From a virus (taxonomy: Duplodnaviria; Caudoviricetes): a stretch of 55,444 bases of DNA. The stretch covers positions 1-55,444 of IMG/VR virus record IMGVR_UViG_3300021247_000931; one strand, given 5' to 3'. The notes beneath the pieces are model-generated. The model saw only the letters and a program-made list of their open reading frames with translations, was not told the origin of the DNA and searched no databases. Position numbers and translations under genes: made by a program. Below, one piece after another: positions 45,760-54,283 of this stretch; within the stretch, counting starts at the first letter, position 1; each line of letters begins with the position of its first letter.

Positions 45760-46248
45760 TTCCTCGGCAAGGGATTGCCGGATTGCGGGTCGATCAATCA
45801 CGAATCCGTTGGTCGAGTAGGATTTGGCTAGTTTCTTGGTTGAAACATTACCCTGATCGCCGCGAGCGCCATGAGCCTGGGCAATCGTCGTTGCCGTAAG
45901 ACCACGATGATCCAAGTGAGGGATGATCGTTCTCCTGATTTTTAGGGAATCTCTGATTCGATCAGCTTTGCTTTTTCTTACCCCACTCCAGATCTCATCG
46001 ATATGAGCCGTGGTTCCTCGCCGGTGATACTGAAGGTAGGAATCCGTTTCCCGTGAGATATTGATCGGCTTGAATGCGGCGATCTCCTTGGCATCAACCG
46101 GAGTCGTTCCGGGAGAAACGATGTGAATTTTTCTGGCGCGGTCGATGGCTCCACTGCCCGCAAACAAAGGATCGCGAGTCACCAAAAGTCCGTTTCGCAA
46201 TTTGATTGCAAACTCCGACAGTCTCTCCAATCGCTCCATGAACGTCAT
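45673..46248 (-). CDS. Orphan late-type gene, RLSEFA tag plus degenerate GNAT-like fold
   Basis: 191 aa from ATG 46248; HIDEIWS, KLAKSYSTNGF and PMIRKP resemble GNAT C-terminal motifs; ATTGAC-N15-ATG upstream. Confidence 0.55.
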   Translation of the reverse strand: MTFMERLERLSEFAIKLRNGLLVTRDPLFAGSGAIDRARKIHIVSPGTTPVDAKEIAAFKPINISRETDSYLQYHRRGTTAHIDEIWSGVRKSKADRIRDSLKIRRTIIPHLDHRGLTATTIAQAHGARGDQGNVSTKKLAKSYSTNGFVIDRPAIRQSLAEESNPWVRNIKRHDMTHRAIPMIRKPSQEL

Positions 46249-46317
46249 CACCCACCACATCATGTCAATTCTATGACCCAATTCTCCTAACAGCCTACAG
46301 CCTAAACCCCTACTCCC

Positions 46318-46773
46318 ATGACCACCACCCACACCACCATTGCCGCAGGCAAACTGCTCAACTTCGACCGGAGCAAGCCCGATTCCAAAGATCTAGTGGA
46401 GGTATTTGACGAAAACAACAACAAGTGCCGGATGACCATTGCAGAGGCCGAAGAGTTTCACTCCATGACCGGCAAGGATCCCACCGCGGCGGACATTCTC
46501 TCTCCGGAGGTCTTCGACGAGCTGATCGGGTGGCTCCGCGAGGAGGAGCTTCTCGAGAAGGAAAAGACCGATCCGAGGAATGGCATGCTTGCGCCGCCAA
46601 CCCCAGCAAATCGGATAGATGAGCGCTACCGAGGAGCCGCCAGGGAATATCATGCCTCAACCGATCTGCAGATCGACGATCATGCCATCGTTTCCCACGG
46701 TGAAAACGGGGCCTGGGTTCAGGCATGGGTCTGGATCGATGATTGTCATATCATACCCAACCCGACTTTCTGA
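46318..46773 (+). CDS. Hypothetical protein
   Basis: 151 aa; LQIDDHAIVS..GAWVQAWVWI. Confidence 0.65.
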   Translation: MTTTHTTIAAGKLLNFDRSKPDSKDLVEVFDENNNKCRMTIAEAEEFHSMTGKDPTAADILSPEVFDELIGWLREEELLEKEKTDPRNGMLAPPTPANRIDERYRGAAREYHASTDLQIDDHAIVSHGENGAWVQAWVWIDDCHIIPNPTF

Positions 46774-46776
46774 TTT

Positions 46777-47058
46777 ATGAGCACACCACACACCATCCCC
46801 ACCGACAAAGGCCCCCGCGACATTTGGAGGGAGCTGGAATCAGCAGACAAGAATAACCACCCAGAACCCGCTGGACGCATTGCCTTCAGCTTCACCGTGA
46901 CGCTGGAGGCGGCTCCCGGAACGCCCGGGATCCCCACACTCGACCTCAAGCGATCAGCCCGTGAGGCCGTCAAGAACGCCATGCGAAGAGCCTACGAGGA
47001 AGGATTCACCCACCCCCTCGAAGGCGAAACCGAACTCCACATCGTCTCTGTAGAATGA
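46777..47058 (+). CDS. Hypothetical protein
   Basis: 93 aa. Confidence 0.55.
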   Translation: MSTPHTIPTDKGPRDIWRELESADKNNHPEPAGRIAFSFTVTLEAAPGTPGIPTLDLKRSAREAVKNAMRRAYEEGFTHPLEGETELHIVSVE

Positions 47059-47354
47059 GCACCGAAACCACCATCCAACCCACTTTTGAAGAACTCGGGT
47101 ATCCTGCCCTGGAGTCCCTTGAGTCATGGATCGTCGATAATATCGACGGCGACTCGGAGATCTTCTTTGAGGAAAAAGAAGACGGATCCCAAGTCGATTC
47201 CCTTCAGGTTCACGAAGACCTGAATTTCCTTCAGGAAAACTACGCCAGAATGCTCGATTTCATCGAGACGGTAGCCTCCGGGAACACCGAGATCGAGGCC
47301 CTGGAAAACCATGCCAGAAACATTCTCGACACCATATCTCACGCGGGAGCATAA
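47055..47354 (+). CDS. Very acidic small protein
   Basis: 99 aa, D/E-rich with few K/R. Confidence 0.6.
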   Translation: MSTETTIQPTFEELGYPALESLESWIVDNIDGDSEIFFEEKEDGSQVDSLQVHEDLNFLQENYARMLDFIETVASGNTEIEALENHARNILDTISHAGA

Positions 47355-47408
47355 ATCAGCTCACAACGACACCTCCTGTCACCCCAACCCACCCATCATC
47401 ACCACCCA

Positions 47409-47576
47409 ATGAAAGCCCTGCTATTCTTGCTCTGTCTGACCTCCCTAGGAATAGCCAGAGACTCCCGTGACGGGATCAGATACCAGTGCCCACAATGCGG
47501 CCAGGTTGAGTATCACCCTCATCCTGGATACTGGCGCTGCAGCTCCTGCAGGACCCGCATGATTTACAGCCCATGA
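47409..47576 (+). CDS. Small protein with hydrophobic N-terminus and zinc ribbon (not in ORF track)
   Basis: 55 aa, MKALLFLLCLTSLG..CPQCG..CSSC. Confidence 0.5.
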   Translation: MKALLFLLCLTSLGIARDSRDGIRYQCPQCGQVEYHPHPGYWRCSSCRTRMIYSP

Positions 47577-47923
47577 ATACCCCCATCCTGCGCCGCTTGA
47601 TAGCCCGATGGTGCGCCAGATATGAACCAGAGGGAAATTTCGTCCCTCAGAAATACAAGGATCACTCCATGGGTCTGATCATCGGAGTCAGGGCGGTTTG
47701 CCTGGTCGGGTTTTTCTTAACAGGATCCTGCCTGTGGACTTGGCTTATCTGGTGGCCGATCATCCTGGCATTCAATAGCGAGGATTTTGAAAAGGTCTAT
47801 GAGGAGTATTGGGAAATCCGAATCAAAAGAAAACTCACTCTCACCGAGGCGGCCTACAAAATCAGCAATCTCTTTGCAGATAGGGCAATCGAGTGGCTTG
47901 AAAATAAAGGCCGAAAGAAATGA
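47573..47923 (+). CDS. Membrane protein
   Basis: 116 aa, two hydrophobic segments. Confidence 0.55.
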   Translation: MNTPILRRLIARWCARYEPEGNFVPQKYKDHSMGLIIGVRAVCLVGFFLTGSCLWTWLIWWPIILAFNSEDFEKVYEEYWEIRIKRKLTLTEAAYKISNLFADRAIEWLENKGRKK

Positions 47924-48426
47924 ATGCACGCCACCCTCCCAATGAAGAGGATCCCGAAGATGTTCGGAGATATTCCCCTGATACCAACCCAAACCTACAC
48001 GACAACCCAATGATCAAACCCATCCCCGTAGAAAACGACGATAATCTGGCCGAGCGCATCATGCTTGATGAACTTACCGGACGCACCAACAAGAGCGAGG
48101 AGCAGCTTCACCTCGAGCTAGAGCGAGAGCTTGCCGAATCCACTTCCGCTATCCGCATCGATCCAACCAATCCCCCAAAAGAAATCTGCTGGGTTGAGGT
48201 TCCGGCCAAGGTGACGGTAGCCCTACGCAACATCATAGCCTCCAACGACCTTCCCATCGACGATCTCACGCGCGACTGGCTCGAGGCGGAGGTCGCCGAT
48301 CACAACGGGGTTTCCGCCGAGCATATCGCCGCCGATGACTGCATCATCCGCACCGGCAAGTCTTGGCGCTATGTTCCCGAGAGCGCCAAGTCCAACACGG
48401 GTTTTTCTTTTTACCCTGAACTTTGA
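47920..48426 (+). CDS. Acidic hypothetical protein
   Basis: 168 aa, ATGA-coupled. Confidence 0.55.
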   Translation: MNARHPPNEEDPEDVRRYSPDTNPNLHDNPMIKPIPVENDDNLAERIMLDELTGRTNKSEEQLHLELERELAESTSAIRIDPTNPPKEICWVEVPAKVTVALRNIIASNDLPIDDLTRDWLEAEVADHNGVSAEHIAADDCIIRTGKSWRYVPESAKSNTGFSFYPEL

Positions 48427-48451
48427 AATTAACCAACCCACACCACCACCC

Positions 48452-48670
48452 ATGAAAACCGAGTTCACCATCGACAAGGACACCAACCAGCTCCTCATCG
48501 CGATCCTCCTGATCGCCGTGGCAATCCCCCTCCTGATGCGCGGCGTCCGCCAGGGCAATCTCCTCCTGATGACCGGCATCACGCTGATGCAGCGCTATTT
48601 CTCCCTTGAGGAGCGCATGGGAGAGTTCGCTGAGTCGATCATATCACTGTTTGGACGTAAGCAGGCGTAG
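48452..48670 (+). CDS. Small membrane protein
   Basis: 72 aa from ATG 48452; convergent overlap with the terminase 3' end. Confidence 0.5.
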   Translation: MKTEFTIDKDTNQLLIAILLIAVAIPLLMRGVRQGNLLLMTGITLMQRYFSLEERMGEFAESIISLFGRKQA

Positions 48671-50528
48671 GATCCCCCTGATCCAGCGAGGCCTCGAGCT
48701 TTAAGATCTGCTGCTGGTCGTTTACTGCCCTCAGAGCGTCGTCTTCAAGAACCCCTCCCGATAGGGCCATGACGATCTGCATGCACTCGCAATCCCAAAG
48801 GTGGTTGGCCTTGCGGAAGGCCTTCCAGTAATAGATGAGTCGGCCGGTTCGGGTTTCCTTGGGAACCCTTTTCTCGGAGTTCATTTGGTGAACGTAATCC
48901 CGCGTGACCTGAGCGTGAACGTGCCAGCGGGGAGGATTGAGCCCACGGAGGGCCGCAAGGCGATCTTTGATCCGGTCGGTCGCCCAGTATCGGTACTTGG
49001 CCCGGGCGTTGTTTTCATTTTGATGAATCGTGCCCAGGTGCGGGTCACGGAACTGGACAGTTGAGTATTCTCTCATGACGCGCAGCCCTGGCCCCAAGCT
49101 GTGCGGGTAAGCCTGGCGATCCTGCCCCCAAAGTCCGCGCCATCCGTTTTTCACCAAGAGGGCCGCCACCATGTTTGGTCGGTGAGCCATGTCGAGCGCC
49201 ACGCGCTGAGACTCCACGCCGTAGTCGGCCTGCAGCTTTTCCAACTCTTCGGGCGTATCCACCCGATCCCCGAAGAGAAGCCAGCTTTCCTGGCCATTGG
49301 GACCATTTGGATGACCCCAGCTTCGGATAACAGCCCAGAAGTGTCCCTCCTGTACGTCCACCGTCATGATCGGGATCCGCTTTTCCGGCAGGCTCTCCGT
49401 CGTGTAGATGGTCGTCGGGATAGGCTCGTCGTCCACCGCCCTCTCGTCGTCGAAGGGCTCGGCTAGGGTCGAGTTGATGAAGTTCTGCCGCAGGGTCATG
49501 CTTCCCTTGGTCTGGAGCCATTTGGCCGCCAGGAGGCCCCAATGGCACTCCTTGAGCGGGGCGTAGAGGGAATTAAGGTGGTAGGATCGGAATCCGCGGA
49601 GAGGATTGGGATTGGTGGCCCTCCAATCCCCCTTGAGGAGCATCGATTCTTTCTCGTGGTTGTAGATTTTTTGGTCGCACTCTTGGCAGCGGTAAAAGGA
49701 GTTGCGGATTACCTTTTCCAGATCCCAGTCGCCGCTTGCCGTCTTGCTCTCCGATTCATCCTTGTCCCACCAGCGGATTTGTTTCCACTTCAGTTGGATC
49801 ATGTTCTGGCAGATCGGACACGGGACGTGAAAGTATCTTTGATCTCCCTTGAGAAACTCACCCCATATCACCCCGTCGGTGGTCGTAGGGGTACTGGTCT
49901 TCACGCGAAGCGGGTAGTGAAAGCTCTTGGAGCGCTCTTCGGCGTTCTGAAGCGCTCCCGCCTCTCGTGCCGTGCGGAGCTTAAACTTATCCGTCTCATC
50001 CATGACGATGAATCCGGCGGGGTGCGATGCCAGGTTGGCCGGGCTGTTACTGCCCACGAACTTGAGCGTCGCCCTGGAGAAGGTCTGCCCGCATGTCGTG
50101 TAGAGATGCCGGTCATTGGGCTTCTGAGCCCTCATTGGAGGGCAGTCCTCCACGAATGGCCGCCATCGATTGGTGGAGAAGGTGCGCGCCAAATCTAGGT
50201 TCGGCATTACCCACAGCAGGTTCATGGGGTCGTTGCAAAGCTTCCAAGCCGTTCCGCCCATGATCGTCATTGTTTTTGCCGTCTGAGTGCCAAAGCACAG
50301 CACCAGATCAGTCACCGATTTGTCGCGAAATCCCTCAAGCGGCTCGCGGACGTAAGGACGGGTATCCGTCCTAAACGCACCAGGGGTCGCCGTTTCCCGC
50401 TCTGTAAGGACAACGTGCTTCTCTAGCCACTGCCATACCGGCATGTCTTCCGGCTGGGATAGCACTTCCCACATGGCCGTTTCCACGGCCTGCGCAGCAC
50501 CTGGATTACTCTGTAGGTGGAGGGCCAT
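48639..50528 (-). CDS. terL: Terminase large subunit, lambda gpA family
   Basis: PYVREP, GTQTAKT (Walker A-like), MDETDK (Walker B), STPT, GDQRYFHVPCPIC, TVDVQ, NHLWDCE. Confidence 0.92.
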   Translation of the reverse strand: MALHLQSNPGAAQAVETAMWEVLSQPEDMPVWQWLEKHVVLTERETATPGAFRTDTRPYVREPLEGFRDKSVTDLVLCFGTQTAKTMTIMGGTAWKLCNDPMNLLWVMPNLDLARTFSTNRWRPFVEDCPPMRAQKPNDRHLYTTCGQTFSRATLKFVGSNSPANLASHPAGFIVMDETDKFKLRTAREAGALQNAEERSKSFHYPLRVKTSTPTTTDGVIWGEFLKGDQRYFHVPCPICQNMIQLKWKQIRWWDKDESESKTASGDWDLEKVIRNSFYRCQECDQKIYNHEKESMLLKGDWRATNPNPLRGFRSYHLNSLYAPLKECHWGLLAAKWLQTKGSMTLRQNFINSTLAEPFDDERAVDDEPIPTTIYTTESLPEKRIPIMTVDVQEGHFWAVIRSWGHPNGPNGQESWLLFGDRVDTPEELEKLQADYGVESQRVALDMAHRPNMVAALLVKNGWRGLWGQDRQAYPHSLGPGLRVMREYSTVQFRDPHLGTIHQNENNARAKYRYWATDRIKDRLAALRGLNPPRWHVHAQVTRDYVHQMNSEKRVPKETRTGRLIYYWKAFRKANHLWDCECMQIVMALSGGVLEDDALRAVNDQQQILKLEASLDQGDPTPAYVQTVI

Positions 50529-51192
50529 TGGATAGAGCTTTTTGGTAGCTCGTTTGGCCCTCTAAAATTGCTGATTCAATCTCCTCCGAGATCACTCTTT
50601 CCGCCATCACATCGTCCACAGGGTTGGCCTTGGAGGCACAACGCTTGCCAACGGCCCTCAGTCGCGTCAGGAGAGGCCCCCAGGCCCTCCTGATGATGTC
50701 CTTGGCTTCCTCTACTGAAATCAGCTCTCCGCGCTTTTTCTGAAGCTCTAGGACAGATTCCTCCATCTCGATTCTGTTAGCACTGGCCTTGTTGTAGGCA
50801 TTGATAGCCGTCACCAGCTTATCGGCGTGCTTTCCACCCTGGCACTCCTGGACAACCTCTGCAGCCTGTTCTTCAACCTCAATCGCCTGCTTCAAAGCCC
50901 TCTCGATCGTATTGAGCCGAAGGCGCTTTCTGCGATACCCCCCGAACCCCGGTTGTTGGTTTGTTCGATTTTCGACCCCTGCACCTTGTTCATCTGAGAT
51001 GGAATCGGGGCGAGTGTTACCCGAGCGGTATCCGACACCCAGCTTGGCGTTGGCATTCCTCCACTCGGTCGCCGCCTCGAGCGAATCGACCGGACACCCC
51101 TTGGAGATGAGCTTGTAAACGTAGGCCCTGGACGTTCCCCAGGCCTGAGCGATGGCCGGAACGAGGCTTCTTGAATGAGAACCTGATGTCAC
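50506..51192 (-). CDS. terS: Terminase small subunit (Nu1-like)
   Basis: N-terminal HTH IAQAWGTSRAYVYKLISKGCP, RGELISVEE coiled coil; overlaps the terL start. Confidence 0.75.
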   Translation of the reverse strand: MTSGSHSRSLVPAIAQAWGTSRAYVYKLISKGCPVDSLEAATEWRNANAKLGVGYRSGNTRPDSISDEQGAGVENRTNQQPGFGGYRRKRLRLNTIERALKQAIEVEEQAAEVVQECQGGKHADKLVTAINAYNKASANRIEMEESVLELQKKRGELISVEEAKDIIRRAWGPLLTRLRAVGKRCASKANPVDDVMAERVISEEIESAILEGQTSYQKALSNGPPPTE

Positions 51193-51208
51193 AACCTAAC
51201 TGCAACTT

Positions 51209-51214
51209 GTCAAC
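51209..51214 (-). promoter_or_regulatory. Late element GTTGAC-N16-GTG
   Basis: GTTGAC AAGTTGCAGTTAGGTT GTG(51192). Confidence 0.6.
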
Positions 51215-51314
51215 TAATCAGTCACACACAAAGTAACATGACACTGGCTTACGCCTAACCTGTTGAAACCTGTAACAAATAGATTCCTTTACCACCATGG
51301 TGGTAACATTTCTA

Positions 51315-51598
51315 TGCACAGGTCGAGCGCTGGTTGCTCGGTATACCAGTGCATTCGCGATCATAGATGCCGAGCGGCACGGCGGACGACGAGACATGGT
51401 AGCATGGGTTGCACAGGTCTCTTCCGCTTTTTCCCTATATGAATTCCACGCTTTTCATTTTCCGCACCTTTTCATCCCAGCAAACCCCAATATACCTATG
51501 CAACCTATGCAACCTTTGCATAGGGGTCGGCAACGCATTCAATGAAAGTGACTTGCGATATGCACAGGTTAATCCAATACCTTGACAATACCTGTGCA
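51315..51598. repeat. Iteron-like ACCT(A/G/T)TGCA repeats, candidate replication origin
   Basis: TGCACAGGT at 51315, 51410 and 51561; ACCTATGCA twice plus ACCTTTGCA in tandem at 51494-51520; ACCTGTGCA at 51590; AT-rich non-coding region next to the helicase. Confidence 0.55.
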
Positions 51599-52012
51599 AA
51601 AACACCCAAAATCATAGCATTTGAGACAGATCGACCCATAAAATCCCAATTTTTGAACAATAACGACAATCCTAGTCGTCCGTACTGATTCGATCCTAGT
51701 CGCAACGCGACGATTATTCCTCAATAAAATAACATGCGCACATTTAACATAGGTGCTTAGGTTGCTAAATCAATTACATGGGTCGCAGGGAAAAATGGTA
51801 AATTGGCGAGACTAAATTTCCCCAGGGAGCACCACAACTTTAGCGCCGGAGCCGGCAGCCTTGATCCCATCCACGAACCCCTTGGAGTAAGAGGAAAGGG
51901 CCTCATCACCACTTCTATAGTGAGCACATCCGGAGAACCCCAAACACAGCAGCGCAAGAAAAAGGCCCCTGCTCATGGGAACACCATGACACAGGGGCCG
52001 GGATCTCGCAAA

Positions 52013-53245
52013 TCAGGACGCCTCTTGATCTTGTGCTGGCTCTGACTCTAATGAGGGATCCTCGATGAAATACCTCTTCGCCCTACCCTTCCCTGAAGAT
52101 CCGAACTGAATCGACCTGCCATCTGATAGTCTAAAGGAGCGAGGCTTGGCTCTCAGATCGATATTGGGGCCATATCTACCTAGCAGAAGACCGAACGACG
52201 ACTTGGCCTTCGCCGACAACATGAAATCCCCGTCCGACATACGGCCGTCGAGTAGCCAGGTGAAGAGATCATTCTCGTGACAGGCATTGACGACCTCCTG
52301 GAACGTGAACTCCCGACGAGGAGAGAACATCCCCTCCATCAGAACAGCCAAGAGATCCCTGATCTGCCTGACCTCATTATTTCCACCGACAGCGAGCTGC
52401 GGAGCCTCAAGGCAGTTTCCGAAACCCGCATGGGCGACGATGCCGCCGATGAGATCACCCCATTGCTCGAATCCCAGCTTCGGTTTGAAACCGAACGAAG
52501 AGGCGGTGGGGCGACCGGCATCCTGCCACGAGCGGACGATAGCCCAGAGAGCAGAGAGAATATCGATGCGATTCTCCCGTTTCATCAGCCACGAGTCATC
52601 GAGGACAAAAGGAGGCTTACGCTCCTGCACATCACCCTCCGAGACCTGGAGATCACAGAAGAGGAAACGGTGAGCCAGATCGGGCGAGACCATGAGATCA
52701 TTCCCCGTGACGAACAGGGAAATCTTATTCGGAGCCACGACGATTTCCGAAGTCCCCAGCACACGCGCTTCCCAGAAAGGCGTTGTAAGAAGCGCCTCAA
52801 GCGCCTGACTGGATAAATAACCCCGCACGTTATCGAAGCAAATATAGTTCGATGCCTTGATGATCGCGGCATCGATCCGTTTCACCTGCTCCTCCTCCTT
52901 GGCGTGCCATGTCTGCACGCTGAAATGCCCATAGACAGGAATGATGGCGACCTTGGCTAGAAGGGATTTTCCGCTGCGCTGGGAATTTGCGTTGAAGATG
53001 AAACCCATGCGCGAGGCGCCCTCCGGCAGGAGGCCTACGCAGAACTGGGCGACCATCGCCGCGACTTGAACGGCAAGGGAGCGGCAATTCTCATCAGCCC
53101 GTAGGCGCTCACCCTTGCGTTCAGCGAAAGGAAATTCCCGTAGCAAGGCGCGGAGATATGTCGTGGAGGTAATCAGATCCCAGTGATGGTAGAACTGGTT
53201 GGGTGGAACAACTGCGGGGTCCGGGGTGGATAATGAAACGCTCAT
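52013..53245 (-). CDS. P-loop helicase domain of a phage primase-helicase
   Basis: NANSQRSGKSLL (Walker A), ICFDNV (Walker B), FVTGN, DLAHR. Confidence 0.7.
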   Translation of the reverse strand: MSVSLSTPDPAVVPPNQFYHHWDLITSTTYLRALLREFPFAERKGERLRADENCRSLAVQVAAMVAQFCVGLLPEGASRMGFIFNANSQRSGKSLLAKVAIIPVYGHFSVQTWHAKEEEQVKRIDAAIIKASNYICFDNVRGYLSSQALEALLTTPFWEARVLGTSEIVVAPNKISLFVTGNDLMVSPDLAHRFLFCDLQVSEGDVQERKPPFVLDDSWLMKRENRIDILSALWAIVRSWQDAGRPTASSFGFKPKLGFEQWGDLIGGIVAHAGFGNCLEAPQLAVGGNNEVRQIRDLLAVLMEGMFSPRREFTFQEVVNACHENDLFTWLLDGRMSDGDFMLSAKAKSSFGLLLGRYGPNIDLRAKPRSFRLSDGRSIQFGSSGKGRAKRYFIEDPSLESEPAQDQEAS

Positions 53246-53249
53246 GAGA

Positions 53250-53483
53250 TTATTGTTGGTTTGTGCTGAGATAGGATGGGTTGTGGGGATGAGGAACGCC
53301 TTTTTGATCGAGATGGAGGATAGGCCGACCGCAATAGTAACACTTTCCAGTTTCTAACGATCTCTTCATGGCCTGATTAGAAAATCCCGCACGGCCGCGG
53401 ATGCAATTCGACCACACCTTGCCGGACAACATCGACTGCCTATGGACACAATAGGATCTATCCCTCAAGAAAGTCGCAGTCAT
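53250..53483 (-). CDS. Small Cys-containing protein
   Basis: 77 aa; CYYCG. Confidence 0.45.
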   Translation of the reverse strand: MTATFLRDRSYCVHRQSMLSGKVWSNCIRGRAGFSNQAMKRSLETGKCYYCGRPILHLDQKGVPHPHNPSYLSTNQQ

Positions 53484-53956
53484 TTGTTGGTTTCCTCCAG
53501 GTATTGGTCGAATGCTTTCTCAATGCGCGAAAGCTCTGCGCCGCCATCCCATCCCTCGGGATCGGAGACAGCGAGTTCGTCGATGAGATTGGTGCTGGTA
53601 AGGAAACTGCAGAACTGCTCGAAAGACTCGAACGGGTAGCGCGGCTTCTTCAGCATCTCAACCTCGGATTTCAACTTCGCATTTAGATTGCATGCCGAAA
53701 AGATCGCGAGGCGGAACATCTCGACCTCGGCCTCTGCTCTCTGCAGTTTCAGCGTAGTCTCAACGTCATCGTTGTAATACTTGCTGGCCACTTCATCGGC
53801 CTTTCGGAGCAGGTCTTCCAGCATCCGAACATGATCCTCCCAGACGGGACAGGTTCGCAGTTCAGCGATGCGGGTTTCGATGTCAATGCTGATGTCGTAA
53901 TCATTATTGGATTCGGCAATAGGATTCTTATTGGATTCGTTTGAGTTATTTGTCAT
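53480..53956 (-). CDS. Coiled-coil phage protein (AEAEVE motif)
   Basis: LQRAEAEVEM, LKSEVEMLK. Confidence 0.5.
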   Translation of the reverse strand: MTNNSNESNKNPIAESNNDYDISIDIETRIAELRTCPVWEDHVRMLEDLLRKADEVASKYYNDDVETTLKLQRAEAEVEMFRLAIFSACNLNAKLKSEVEMLKKPRYPFESFEQFCSFLTSTNLIDELAVSDPEGWDGGAELSRIEKAFDQYLEETNK

Positions 53957-53995
53957 CTTCTTGCGGTTCAACGGGTTTTGTTGAGGTATTTGTCA

Positions 53996-54283
53996 TCATT
54001 TCTTGTCGGTGTTGAATTTGTCGAGATTGCCAAGAAATGCGCTGAATTGGTCAGAAGCATCAGACCAGCCTTCGTCGTATCGGTGGGCTACTTCGATGGC
54101 TTGCTTCAACTTTTCCCGAAGCCGCTCGACCTCGGCCTCTAACTTCTTGATACGGTCGTCCTTTGGATCACATCTGCATAACGTTGGGGTTCCAGCATAG
54201 ATGCCCTCCACAAAGCCGCCGCATTTATCGCACCACCTTTGGCGGTTGAGCATCGGGCGGTAGTTGATGGTTGGCATGGTCAT
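53996..54283 (-). CDS. Zinc-ribbon plus coiled-coil protein
   Basis: CDKCG..CRC; LEAEVERLREKLKQAIEVA. Confidence 0.55.
   Translation of the reverse strand: MTMPTINYRPMLNRQRWCDKCGGFVEGIYAGTPTLCRCDPKDDRIKKLEAEVERLREKLKQAIEVAHRYDEGWSDASDQFSAFLGNLDKFNTDKK

Noticed and set aside
37293-48670. Independent mobile element (IS/ICE/satellite) inserted in the prophage
   Set aside because: No recombinase, transposase, replication gene or terminal repeats were found, and it contains a gene with this phage's late element and tag. Not fully excluded.
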